A stretch of DNA of 64,000 nt from Thermoplasmatota archaeon (GTDB lineage Archaea; Thermoplasmatota; Penumbrarchaeia; JASLWR01), in the NCBI GenBank assembly GCA_030740765.1, contig JASLWR010000011.1, forward strand, positions 1,595 through 65,594. Reading direction: 5' to 3'. Both the position numbers and the translations under genes were made by a program. Numbering within the stretch: position 1 is the first letter of the stretch; each line of letters begins with the position of its first letter. Positions 9,701 to 18,419 of this stretch are shown here, in pieces. The notes under the pieces were generated by a model, which worked only from the letters and a program-made list of their open reading frames with translations, searched no databases and was not told the DNA's origin.

Positions 9701-11351
9701 TCCCGAAAGGGCGGACGGTTCACATCTGGTTATGCGGGAAGAGACATCTGCCGAAGTGAACAAGTACCAGGGGAAAAATTTGAATGACAATACGGGATAT
9801 TACGTAGCGGTGGTGGTCTACGACCTCCTTGGGAATTATAACAAGGATGTCGTGAGCTTCGGTCCCGTCAAACCTGAAAAGAACATATTCCCATCACTTG
9901 AGATACCGGGAAAGTACCCTCCTAAAATTGAGATCATGGTGAATGAGAAAGTTACTCTCTCTATAAATGTCACAAACCCTCTGGATGACGATTACAATAT
10001 AAACTGGTTATTGAACGGTTTGGCGGATCGAACTCAACACAGTGATAAATACAGGAAGACCATAACGAGGACGGGGACCTTCAATATTACTGTGATTCTC
10101 GTTAATGATGACGGTGATGTACACGACAGTTACTCGTGGACCCTGACGGTCAAGGAACCGGAAAAGGAGGTTCCGCCCACATTTATGGAAGAGAATGCCG
10201 CTTCTCTTATTTTTGGTGTCATAGGTCTGATCCTGATAATGATCATCGCCATGGGATTGGTGGTTTTCAGAAAGAAGAAACGAAAGGACAAAGAAGAGGA
10301 AATGGCGGTGCCAAGGCATATCGTAGCGGATGGAGAGGAAGGAACAGCAGGAAGTATCATGGAGGGAGAATCACCAATTTCTCCCATGGAAGAATCCGCA
10401 GCGGTACAGGTAAGCACGGAATCTCTGGACTCAAAGGATCCCACAGGTGGAACCGATAAGGAATTCCAGAGTCTGGAATCGGGTGCGAGAGTTCTTGCTT
10501 TGCCCCCACACGAAGAGGGGGGCGATGAATCAGAAGTATCAGGAGAAAAAGATAAAGAGCTTGAGGGTGCTGCAAAAAAGACTGTTATAAAGCGTTCAGG
10601 AAAGAAAAAGGTAGCCCGACAGGTTAAGCGAAAGGTAAGGAAGAGGAAGCCGAAAGCACTGCCTGCGAGCGGCGGAAAAGATGAAGAACTATTGCAACTC
10701 CCCGCTGGAGACCAGAGCGTACCCGGCGAAGGGGATACTGAAGTTACGGATTCGAAAGAGAAAAACGTCGAAGATGAGGTAGCTGGGGAAAAGATAGAGG
10801 GAGAAACTGCGGGAGAAGAAGTACAGGAAGGAATTCCCGAAGAGACCATGGAGACGGCGATGGAGCCGGAATCTCCCGAAAGCGAGACACCTGAAAATGC
10901 GACGGAAGCCCCCGAAACAGAAGTGCAAACTGAAACGGTAACGGAATCCCCTGACGAGTCGTTGCTTACTGATAAGGTGGTGGAAGACCTCCCGGTGGAC
11001 GAGAGCACTTCGGAAGCGGAACCGGAAGTGGTTTCTGACGTGGCCGTTCAACTCCAGTTGATCGCCCAGCAGTACGAGGCAATAACAGCGGAAGCGGCGG
11101 CGGTCCGTGAGAAACTTGGGGGAATAGAGGACGAGCAGGAGAAACAGGCCATGATAGCCCAATACGCGGCCCTGGAAGCAACTGTGGCCGATCTCCAGGC
11201 AAAGGCAACTCAACTTCAGACCCCGGCGACTCCCGAGCCGGTAACGGTACAATGCTACAACTGCCAGACTCTGCTGACCATAGTGGATACAACTAGACCT
11301 TTAATGATAGCCTGCCCGAACTGCAGTGCCGAGAGCCTGCTTGAAAGTTAA
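6723..11351 (+). CDS. giant surface protein: N-terminal anchor or signal, six tandem FN3-like modules, one TM helix, long E/K/P-rich cytoplasmic tail with coiled coil and C-terminal zinc ribbon
   Basis: 1542-aa ORF. N-terminal hydrophobic FGICILVALLVIFVGII. Six repeats carry W(D/N)...(S/P)DF..Y.(I/V)Y (e.g. VRWDKCTKWDFERYDLY, IEWNPNTSPDFSYYNVY, VSWDTCTAPDFDQYRVY, VKWWSSSDSDFDHYNIY, VQWNQSMEADFAYYEIF). TM LIFGVIGLILIMIIAMGLVVF followed by RKKKRKDK. The tail ends in VQCYNCQTLLTIVDTTRPLMIACPNCS. Confidence 0.85.
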   Translation: MDRISSRFGICILVALLVIFVGIIPQELLNRNETSEITARTGLPKGFTGTRDVTEVSVANIAYEGGIGGWELTEAGRYGNYSIGLVGKTTRFTVTVNNNLQNAINNVDIYFEIWTANTTQNFQIREVYNTTGTIANIAGGGAANVIFPYKFLFSFLYNITASVNVTGDSDRSNDRFSMDGWANKWADDCEQGGGTWTPMARMGGPDTWHRVNNPLNPTGDHTQDWAWYMGGDNGQYENNIDVELISPEFDLSRMYSSWSDLTYQPTYGFKMVGARKDNEDKFYIDDLSYDNFGNVRNVFTNPGEIGTFSTWSFMRWYSDLNRNGQEDPDEPKGLGVPMNGFYGSQWRTMRFRFRFTSDAAGVGSGYYVDDIILYGLESYVEDTTPLPKIENVVTWDRQFDGGGHMYVRWDKCTKWDFERYDLYADTSPITNVSGMTPIISNITDGGNTTHLIKEIGGTPLIDEKKYYFAVTVTDIWGNVNPEVINGSGECLDNPPVGVTGLNGDDVSEDEGFNVKIEWNPNTSPDFSYYNVYISDEQIVSLTGLEPVATGVQATNMTFSNLSNGQGYFFGVTSIDESIPGIENDTITPQNIIGPIIPIDNLPPEKVTNVIATDTPNDGGSSLHVSWDTCTAPDFDQYRVYVDNEKIKNIDLLPVEIDNISENHTIVKTMNSNKLLDETDYYIAVVAVDISGNYLKEVVSSSPAESLENIAPVPITVRNASDRPEDEGSVIIVKWWSSSDSDFDHYNIYIANSSFERVDEMEVQVTVDDISTEDTEIYKHGTKPLINLYEQYWVAVTAVDRLGNENFSVISFGPVVCRENTAPELIYISEMYDTPNDSGNSITVEIEKSIEEDVVAYEIYVRRTKFDDVRGKKPEAVIDAVGWNGSTIITEISTMNGEPLENERDHYIAVSAIDLSGNQDKNEVKSYGPVRCWENVAPERVKGLIVYDKPGDAGGVLSVQWNQSMEADFAYYEIFVFDHKAPEIKTLHIPFKVYPERADGSHLVMREETSAEVNKYQGKNLNDNTGYYVAVVVYDLLGNYNKDVVSFGPVKPEKNIFPSLEIPGKYPPKIEIMVNEKVTLSINVTNPLDDDYNINWLLNGLADRTQHSDKYRKTITRTGTFNITVILVNDDGDVHDSYSWTLTVKEPEKEVPPTFMEENAASLIFGVIGLILIMIIAMGLVVFRKKKRKDKEEEMAVPRHIVADGEEGTAGSIMEGESPISPMEESAAVQVSTESLDSKDPTGGTDKEFQSLESGARVLALPPHEEGGDESEVSGEKDKELEGAAKKTVIKRSGKKKVARQVKRKVRKRKPKALPASGGKDEELLQLPAGDQSVPGEGDTEVTDSKEKNVEDEVAGEKIEGETAGEEVQEGIPEETMETAMEPESPESETPENATEAPETEVQTETVTESPDESLLTDKVVEDLPVDESTSEAEPEVVSDVAVQLQLIAQQYEAITAEAAAVREKLGGIEDEQEKQAMIAQYAALEATVADLQAKATQLQTPATPEPVTVQCYNCQTLLTIVDTTRPLMIACPNCSAESLLES

Positions 11352-11476
11352 TTTATTTGATCAATCGGTTCGTGGTAACTCAGCACGGAGATTATAAAAA
11401 CCAAGGAAACCGTATAATATAAAGATTATACTCTTTCACTTAATGCCTTATAAAAAAAATTTTCCCAGAGGCGATA

Positions 11477-14365
11477 ATGGTGATGCCTAGACAGATCATT
11501 GCGTTACTGCTCTCGATTTTCATTATATCAAATTCAATTCCGTTAATGGCTAGTGCTGATGACACCGGAGGAATTACCCCCAGACGTGCAGGCAACGTAA
11601 CATTTGACAAGCTTAGAGTGTTAACGCCGACCCAACCCTTTTTCGAAAATGGTATTTTTGCAAATGGAAATTTCGGTATAGAAGTGAACTTTACACTGGC
11701 ACAAGAAATGATGAACGTGAATGTGACTGTTAATGTCACCCACAGTGATCTGTTCGAGCGGAGTATTTTCGAACATGGGAATCTGGCAGCGGGAAAACAT
11801 TCGGTAAATGCAGGAAATTCATTCAACTTCACCGATCCCGGATTTTACACGATAAATGCCACTGTTGAGGGGTGGTTGAATGGGACCGGAATGATAGACG
11901 GATTCAAGAAACTTGTGAATGTGAACTTCACGACGATAATCGATTTCACGATAAACTTCAGTATCGACGCCCCCGATGTAGACGGTATCTATCCAAAGGA
12001 AAATTTAGCGATAGAAACTGTGATCAAAAATACAGGGAACGACTTTGCATATATGACTAACGTTTCTATAGATATCACAAATACCACGGGAGAGATATCA
12101 GAGGTCTTACAATGGAGCTGGAAGATCGAAGATTTTCTTCCTCCCGATGTAGAATCGGGCGTGCTAATCTTCTTCTGGACTCCATCCGCCGAGGGGCCGA
12201 ACAGTATTTATGATATAACCATCACGGCTACTAATGAATCTACCGGCAGGTCCGTCAACAGAACGGTACAAGTAGGGATTATGAACATAGCCGATATCCA
12301 TTTGGTCAACTTGACCGGATTCGGCGACACAGGAGGAATACCAAGCAAATACTTCGATGTGACCGTTCTATTGAACAACACCGGTAATGCCGTGGGTACA
12401 GGGATTATCCACCTGGAGATATATCCGGCGGCAGACCCAACAGACATATTGATCGATCTTACGAATACTTCCGGTAACGTGACGCCCGAGGAGGGAACTG
12501 CTTCCACCAGAGAAGAAGCCAGTGTGATATTCCAGGGCCTATCGATCGACATTGCTGGGGATTATAAAGTTAAAGCAAGCCTCGTGAGCACAGCGGAAGT
12601 TTTGATTATGGATTTGGTCATTGACGCGTGTCCTTGTTTAGAGCTAGATATCTCAAACGTTTTGCTCTCACCGGACCCCACTTCCAACAATGTGTTCGTG
12701 GGTGAGGAAATTATCTTCTCGGTGGTGTACAAAGATCTTTATGGTGACGTAGGAACCGTGAAACTCTATATCGACAATGTTTCTCACGATATGGTCACCA
12801 ACGGGAGCACTACTTGGAAAAGCGGCGTAACCTTCACGTATTCCTGGACCGCAACACCCGGAAACCATTCCTACCACTTCATTGGCACAGACGGATTGGC
12901 AACTTTCCTTAAGGAACACGTTGACAACAACTTCACCATCTATGATAGCACCGGCGGGTGGCTGCGCGGGAAGATACGGGACGTAAACGGAATAAACGTA
13001 CCAGGGGTGTTTGTGGTAATCTATAATTTAGAATTGGATATGACAGGTAAATATGTAATCGATAAATATTACAATACCACTACGGATGCCACCGGAAATT
13101 ATTCGAAGTTATTGCCGTTTAGCGATGCCATGTACGGCATCAAACTGGACTTGGATTGGTTGGTATCCAATGACTACGAGATACCTGCGAATAACAAACA
13201 AAACTTCGCCCTCAATTTTGGTTCTGACATCATCTGGATCAATTACACTCTATACCAGTTGCCTCATCCAAGAACGCCCATCCTCAGAGGTAGGATAAAC
13301 GATGCGAATGGTGACAATCTTTCGGGCGTGACCGTCACAGTGGAGGTATTCGTTGACAAGCTTGCCAATATGACCGTGACAGTTGACGGCGCGAAAACAA
13401 TCGTCAATACAACTACCAGAACATGGATGAACCTCACAACGGATACCGATGTTAACGGCTCGTATGAGATTCGGGGAGTGCCCCCCGACCTCATTGTCAT
13501 AGACGAGGAAAAGGTAACCGGTACAAAGGTATACCGCCATGACTTCGAGAAACCTGAATTGGCTATTTTGGGTTTGTGGTTAGTGACGGCAGAAAAGACA
13601 GGATATTTTAGTAAAAACATATACGTAGAAAGGAAAGAAGAGTGGAAAGGAGAGTGGGAAGGATGGTGGATCACCTGGTGGAACGTCACCATGGAACTCG
13701 ATCCTATGGCTATATACACCATCTCAGGTACCGTCATTCCGGCTAGCACAACAGTGAAAATCGGAACGAAAATGGTGGCGGTGAACAATGTTACGGGTGA
13801 TTTTTTCATTCCACATCTTATCCCAGGCAACTACGTGCTCACCTTCAGCCTAGAGGGTTACAATACAAAAATAATGAACGTCACCATCACTAATGCGGAT
13901 GTACATCTTGGGACCGTATACGGGCCAAACCCACACAATAATGGTTACACTATAACAATTGGCCCCATCCCAAATGCCGGTGGTGGTGTAATAGTGAGTT
14001 TTACACATGAAAATAGAACCTATGTCGCCAGCACAGATGAGAACGGAATGGTGACCATTCAAGATTTCCCCGTAAAGCAATTGCCGCCAGGTATCATTAT
14101 CAGCGCAAAGAAAGGCAAGGTTGTGATTACCTGGAAACAGAGCGATGTAATACCTGAATTCGAACCCGAAGACGAGCTAGGCCACGAGGAAAATCGAGAA
14201 AAAAGATATGGTTCGTTTCTCATCATCATAGCAGTATTGATAGTTGTCTTCACGATCCTTGTGATAATTATCCTCATCATAAAGAATAAAATTTTCCTAA
14301 CTGAATATCAAATCGGAAGTGAGAACACTCCCGAGGAATACGAGGAAGACGAATCCTTCTTTTGA
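11477..14365 (+). CDS. surface protein with CARDB-like and carboxypeptidase-regulatory-like (Ig-like) domains and a C-terminal TM anchor
   Basis: Signal peptide IIALLLSIFIISNSIPLMASA. CARDB-like VIKNTGNDFA and LLNNTGNAVG. CarboxypepD_reg-like GKIRDVNGINVPGVFVVIY, GRINDANGDNLSGVTVTVEV, GDFFIPHLIPGNYVLTFSLEGYN. C-terminal TM FLIIIAVLIVVFTILVIIILII and a short acidic tail. Confidence 0.8.
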   Translation: MVMPRQIIALLLSIFIISNSIPLMASADDTGGITPRRAGNVTFDKLRVLTPTQPFFENGIFANGNFGIEVNFTLAQEMMNVNVTVNVTHSDLFERSIFEHGNLAAGKHSVNAGNSFNFTDPGFYTINATVEGWLNGTGMIDGFKKLVNVNFTTIIDFTINFSIDAPDVDGIYPKENLAIETVIKNTGNDFAYMTNVSIDITNTTGEISEVLQWSWKIEDFLPPDVESGVLIFFWTPSAEGPNSIYDITITATNESTGRSVNRTVQVGIMNIADIHLVNLTGFGDTGGIPSKYFDVTVLLNNTGNAVGTGIIHLEIYPAADPTDILIDLTNTSGNVTPEEGTASTREEASVIFQGLSIDIAGDYKVKASLVSTAEVLIMDLVIDACPCLELDISNVLLSPDPTSNNVFVGEEIIFSVVYKDLYGDVGTVKLYIDNVSHDMVTNGSTTWKSGVTFTYSWTATPGNHSYHFIGTDGLATFLKEHVDNNFTIYDSTGGWLRGKIRDVNGINVPGVFVVIYNLELDMTGKYVIDKYYNTTTDATGNYSKLLPFSDAMYGIKLDLDWLVSNDYEIPANNKQNFALNFGSDIIWINYTLYQLPHPRTPILRGRINDANGDNLSGVTVTVEVFVDKLANMTVTVDGAKTIVNTTTRTWMNLTTDTDVNGSYEIRGVPPDLIVIDEEKVTGTKVYRHDFEKPELAILGLWLVTAEKTGYFSKNIYVERKEEWKGEWEGWWITWWNVTMELDPMAIYTISGTVIPASTTVKIGTKMVAVNNVTGDFFIPHLIPGNYVLTFSLEGYNTKIMNVTITNADVHLGTVYGPNPHNNGYTITIGPIPNAGGGVIVSFTHENRTYVASTDENGMVTIQDFPVKQLPPGIIISAKKGKVVITWKQSDVIPEFEPEDELGHEENREKRYGSFLIIIAVLIVVFTILVIIILIIKNKIFLTEYQIGSENTPEEYEEDESFF

Positions 14366-14391
14366 GAAAATGATAATCGTAAGAAGGAATT

Positions 14392-14487
14392 GGTCGGCAA
14401 ATGCCGACCTTGGAGGGCATCACCCTCCTATATAATTACGTTAAATATTTTTTTTTCGGGCCGCCGTTGCCTGGGGGTCGGCGGCCC
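14392..14487 (+). terminator. three tandem GC hairpins plus a T9 tract downstream of the 962-aa gene (terminator-like or repeated palindromic element)
   Basis: H1 ggtcggc-aaat-gccgacc (14392-14409). H2 ggaggg-catca-ccctcc (14412-14428). T-run 14448-14456. H3 gggccgccg-N12-cggcggccc (14458-14487). H1+H2 recur at 26282-26317. Confidence 0.45.
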
Positions 14488-14683
14488 TATTTATTTGAAG
14501 AATAGTACCTAATATGAAAAAATGGTCAAATCATTGATTCGTAGCGATTTAAAATAGACAAAAAAACATTAATTATTTCTTCTTATTAGGGATTGTAATT
14601 GAGAGCGTTAATTGAATAAACTTTAAAGGATAATTCCTTTTAGTATAATTCACTCTACCGGATATTTATGAAACAATAAAGAG

Positions 14684-17600
14684 GTGTACCGAATGAAAAG
14701 ATGGATCATCCTTGTTACCACTGCCATAATATTGAACTCCTTCGTGCTTATAAACGGTGATATATTCACCCGGAACGAATCGCCCCGTGCCCCGGTTGTA
14801 ACCGCCCCGGACAGCAAACAGGACAGCTGGAGCGATACCATTGAAACGCGAGGTAAACACTGGAGCTCGCAGTTGGTTGACACCAAGGATGACGTCGGGT
14901 CTTTCACCTCCCTCGCTCTGGATTCAGATGGGGACGCCCATATAAGCTATTTCAATGCCACAGCCACCAATCTGGTCTACACATATCTCGACGGCGATAA
15001 ATGGGTGAAAGTAATCGCAGACGCTTCGCTTGGCGTAGGTGAGTGGACGTCCCTTGACCTCGACTCGTCCGACCGTCCGCACATAAGCTACTATGATAAG
15101 CCAAATGGAGACCTGAAATATACATATTTCAACGGTGCGCAGTGGATTACCAGCATCGTAGATTCGGCCGGTATCGTGGGACTGGGAACCTCTCTTAAAC
15201 TGGATTCATCGAACAATCCCCACATCGCTTACCATGACGAAGGAGGGGGAAACCTCAAGTATGCTAAGTACAACGGCGCGACATGGGATATTACAACAGT
15301 GGATACTACCGGTGATGTTGGTGAATGGCCTTCCATGGTTCTGGATTCTTCGGATCGTCCCCATGTCAGTTACCTGCAGGCCTATACCATTGGAGACGTT
15401 ACCTACTGGAACCTCGGTTATGCTCATTTCAACGGAGCACAATGGCAGAACGAGACCGCGGACGATTTTCACGGTGTAGGTATCTTCTCGGCCATCGATG
15501 TCGATTCCAATGATCGACCGCACATAAGCTACCGCGACGGCACCCCTGACGGTTACCTGAGGTATACTTATCACGACGGTGCGCAGTGGAACCGCGGCCG
15601 TGTAGATTCCGAGGGAGATTGCGGAATGTACACTTCCATTGCAATTGACTCATCCGACCAGCCGATGATCACTCATCGTGATCTAACGGGTCAGAACCTC
15701 CGGTTCGCCTATCTCGATAATGACGTATGGTACACTGAGATAGTGGATTCCATGGGAGATGTGGGTAGATATTCATCTCTCGTTCTGGATGACAACGATA
15801 ATGCCTTCGTAAGCTATACCGTGGGTTGGGAGGATGAAGTGAGATTCGCTTTTCGTGATATGACGTTGCCTGTTATTAGCTCAGACAACTCCATGGGATA
15901 CGGTACCACGGGGGATGATTTTCTTTTCAATATAAGTGCAGTAGACAACGACAAAGTTACAACCGTCGCCGTAAACTGGAAGCATAAACATCTTGGAAAC
16001 AATCTCTCTCTTTCGAAAACAGGAGATTTCTGGACAGGGAAAATAAGGCTCGGAACCTGGGGCGATCCACTAAATTACACGGTTTATGTAAGGGATATTG
16101 CAGAGAACATCCTAACATCGGATACGTTGAGTCTCGAGGTTAAGGACAACGACCCCCCTGCTCTTCAAGATGATGATTCCTACATATTCGCTACCACAGG
16201 CGATCTATTCCAATTCGATATAAGTGCCATAGATAACGTGGAGGTTGGTTCGGTAATAGCAAATTGGAGCCATGGTTCACTTGGTGATAATACAACCCTG
16301 GATCTTATAGATGGAAGCTGGGTGGGCAATATTACTCTCGATAACGGGAGCATTGCACCTCTGCAGTACGTGATCTATGTGGAAGATGCCTCCAGCGGAT
16401 TATACATATCGGATATAACCAACATAACCGTAACAGACAATGACAAACCGGTATTGTTAGCCCTCCATCACCCTGCGGCGCCTGGTACAGGCAATATTTT
16501 CGACATCGGCGTAAGAGTTATGGACAATATCGGAGTGACTTCAGTTCGAATGACTTACAAGTTCGATCAATTAGGACAAAAGGAGGCGGTTCTGCTCCCT
16601 GCCATGCGGGGGGAAGGCGAGGTATGGAATACATCATTGGATATCACTTCTGATGCCCAGGCGATCAACATAACTTTCATAATAACAGACGAGAAGGGCA
16701 ACAGCCTTTCGACAGACTGGTTCCCCATGGATGTTAAGGACGATGACAACCCCAAGATGGTTTCAAACGAACCGGACGGTTATCCCACCACCGGTGATTC
16801 TTTCGACATTGTTGCTGAATTCAGTGATAACAATATGGTGACGAAATTGAATTTAAGTTATACTTTCGATAATATAACCGTGAACAAAACGGCAATGGAA
16901 AGGGGAGACGGTAACAGCTGGACGGTCACTATTAATATATCATCCACCGCTACCGGTCTTTACTATTACTATGAAGCAGAGGATGAGGCTGGAAATATTC
17001 TTAGTACGGATTCCTTTGGCCTCCCGGTAAGGGACGACGATCCGCCGATAGCAGAGGGGAAGGATGTCGATGTCGACCAAGGAAACACGGTAACTTTCGA
17101 CGCCAGCGGCAGCCATGATAATATTGGTATCGCAAGTTACTCTTGGAGCTTTACCTACGAAGGGGTTACCCAGAAACTTGATGGTATGAGTCCCGAATTC
17201 GAGTTCCAGATCGCTGACGAATATTCAGTCGTATTGACAGTGGTGGATACCTCGGGTAAGGTCGGTATTGATGAAGTTGCGGTGAAGATATGGGATGTTA
17301 AGAAACCGCAGCTCAATGCGAAACTGGGTGGCAAAGAGATTGAAGAAGGAAGCCGTTACGAGACAACGGCAGGTTTAAAGGTGAGGTTTGATGCCACCGA
17401 TTCTACCGATAATATCGAAATTGTGAGCTACACGTGGTCCTTCACGGAAAACGGTAAGGTGAAAACGCTTCAGGGCAAGGTAAAGGAGCATTTGTTTTAT
17501 ACACCGGGAACATATACCATTACCCTGACGGTCAGTGACGCAGATAACAACAGTGATACTATTACCTTTGATATGGTGGTAAAGGATGCGGAAGGGGAAG

Positions 17601-17908
17601 GCGGTGGCTCTTTCGGAATGATACTGGTGATAATAATCATTGTTGTAATTATTGCTACAGCAGTAATCGTTACACTCATCCTCTTGAAACGTAAGGGAAA
17701 GGAAGGAAAGGGAAAGGATGAGCTGGATGAGATCCTGTCACCAACGGGACAGGTCCCGCCCCCTATCTACCCGGCAGGAAACGAGAACTGGCAGCAAACA
17801 CCTGCCACTCCACCAGCCTATCCCACCTACGATCAGGGCGCGCCAGCTCAAGGACCCCCGGGCCCACCTGCAGAGGGACAACTGGGCCCATTGCCTCCCA
17901 TTCAGTAA
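14684..17908 (+). CDS. surface protein: N-terminal anchor, 7-bladed beta-propeller-like repeats, Ig-like TTGD repeats, two PKD domains, TM helix, Pro-rich cytoplasmic tail
   Basis: Seven repeats of the form D..GDVG..(T/S)S(L/I).(L/V)DS.D.PHISY.D......L+YAY.NG..W (DAHISYFN, RPHISYYD, NPHIAYHD, RPHVSYLQ, RPHISYRD, QPMITHRD, NAFVSYTV). Repeated about 100-aa modules with TTGD.F.F.ISA.DN. PKD signatures VTFDASGSHDNIGIASYSWSF and VRFDATDSTDNIEIVSYTWSF. TM MILVIIIIVVIIATAVIVTLILL followed by KRKGKEGKGK, then a P/Q-rich tail. Confidence 0.85.
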   Translation: MYRMKRWIILVTTAIILNSFVLINGDIFTRNESPRAPVVTAPDSKQDSWSDTIETRGKHWSSQLVDTKDDVGSFTSLALDSDGDAHISYFNATATNLVYTYLDGDKWVKVIADASLGVGEWTSLDLDSSDRPHISYYDKPNGDLKYTYFNGAQWITSIVDSAGIVGLGTSLKLDSSNNPHIAYHDEGGGNLKYAKYNGATWDITTVDTTGDVGEWPSMVLDSSDRPHVSYLQAYTIGDVTYWNLGYAHFNGAQWQNETADDFHGVGIFSAIDVDSNDRPHISYRDGTPDGYLRYTYHDGAQWNRGRVDSEGDCGMYTSIAIDSSDQPMITHRDLTGQNLRFAYLDNDVWYTEIVDSMGDVGRYSSLVLDDNDNAFVSYTVGWEDEVRFAFRDMTLPVISSDNSMGYGTTGDDFLFNISAVDNDKVTTVAVNWKHKHLGNNLSLSKTGDFWTGKIRLGTWGDPLNYTVYVRDIAENILTSDTLSLEVKDNDPPALQDDDSYIFATTGDLFQFDISAIDNVEVGSVIANWSHGSLGDNTTLDLIDGSWVGNITLDNGSIAPLQYVIYVEDASSGLYISDITNITVTDNDKPVLLALHHPAAPGTGNIFDIGVRVMDNIGVTSVRMTYKFDQLGQKEAVLLPAMRGEGEVWNTSLDITSDAQAINITFIITDEKGNSLSTDWFPMDVKDDDNPKMVSNEPDGYPTTGDSFDIVAEFSDNNMVTKLNLSYTFDNITVNKTAMERGDGNSWTVTINISSTATGLYYYYEAEDEAGNILSTDSFGLPVRDDDPPIAEGKDVDVDQGNTVTFDASGSHDNIGIASYSWSFTYEGVTQKLDGMSPEFEFQIADEYSVVLTVVDTSGKVGIDEVAVKIWDVKKPQLNAKLGGKEIEEGSRYETTAGLKVRFDATDSTDNIEIVSYTWSFTENGKVKTLQGKVKEHLFYTPGTYTITLTVSDADNNSDTITFDMVVKDAEGEGGGSFGMILVIIIIVVIIATAVIVTLILLKRKGKEGKGKDELDEILSPTGQVPPPIYPAGNENWQQTPATPPAYPTYDQGAPAQGPPGPPAEGQLGPLPPIQ

Positions 17909-18002
17909 GATCAATAAGAAAAAGTAGAGGCAAGAGAACAGATCTACCTCATGTCGATTTTATTCGTTGGATACGATTTTTTATCTTAAAAAAGTATAAA
18001 TA

Positions 18003-18040
18003 CTACCTTGAAGTTATATCTATATAGAACTTCGAGGTAG
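18003..18040 (+). promoter_or_regulatory. 13-bp inverted repeat between a TATA-like box and the padR start codon (candidate PadR operator)
   Basis: ctaccttgaagtt (18003-18015) and aacttcgaggtag (18028-18040) are reverse complements with one mismatch, separated by atatctatatag. TATA-like aaagtataaata lies just upstream (about 17991-18002). The padR ATG is at 18045. Confidence 0.5.
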
Positions 18041-18044
18041 TGAC

Positions 18045-18419
18045 ATGAACAAGAGAATAAACGGTTTTTTAAAAAAGTTCAACAAGGAATTGAAGACCGG
18101 GCTCCTGTCAATGCTCGTACTGCTAGCTATAGATAGTGACGTAGAACCCAGCTATGGCTATGGGATCATTAAGAACCTCGAGAGTAGTAGTAAAGGTAAA
18201 TTGAAATTCCCTGAAGGAACTATCTATCCTATTCTCAGTTCGCTGTCGAATAAAAAACTTCTCGAAAGCTACTGGGGGGATCCGCAGGGGGGCCCAAGGC
18301 GAAAGTATTACAAACTCACTGCAGACGGCAAGGAAGCACTATTACTATGTCACGGGGATTGGCTCGCCTTTTACGAGGTAACCAACGACGTTATCGAGAA
18401 ACTAGGGGTAAAAAAATGA
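18045..18419 (+). CDS. PadR-family transcriptional regulator
   Basis: Winged-helix PadR signature: L.MLVLLAI......YGYGIIKNLE......FPEGTIYPILSSLSNKKLLESYW....GPRRKYYKLTADG. Confidence 0.9.
   Translation: MNKRINGFLKKFNKELKTGLLSMLVLLAIDSDVEPSYGYGIIKNLESSSKGKLKFPEGTIYPILSSLSNKKLLESYWGDPQGGPRRKYYKLTADGKEALLLCHGDWLAFYEVTNDVIEKLGVKK

Noticed and set aside
10130-11008. 292-aa minus-strand ORF, plus several other ORFs at 10008-11292 on both strands
   Set aside because: These are antisense or off-frame products of the low-complexity E/K/P/T-rich tail of the 1542-aa gene. The peptides are Ser/Pro-rich nonsense.
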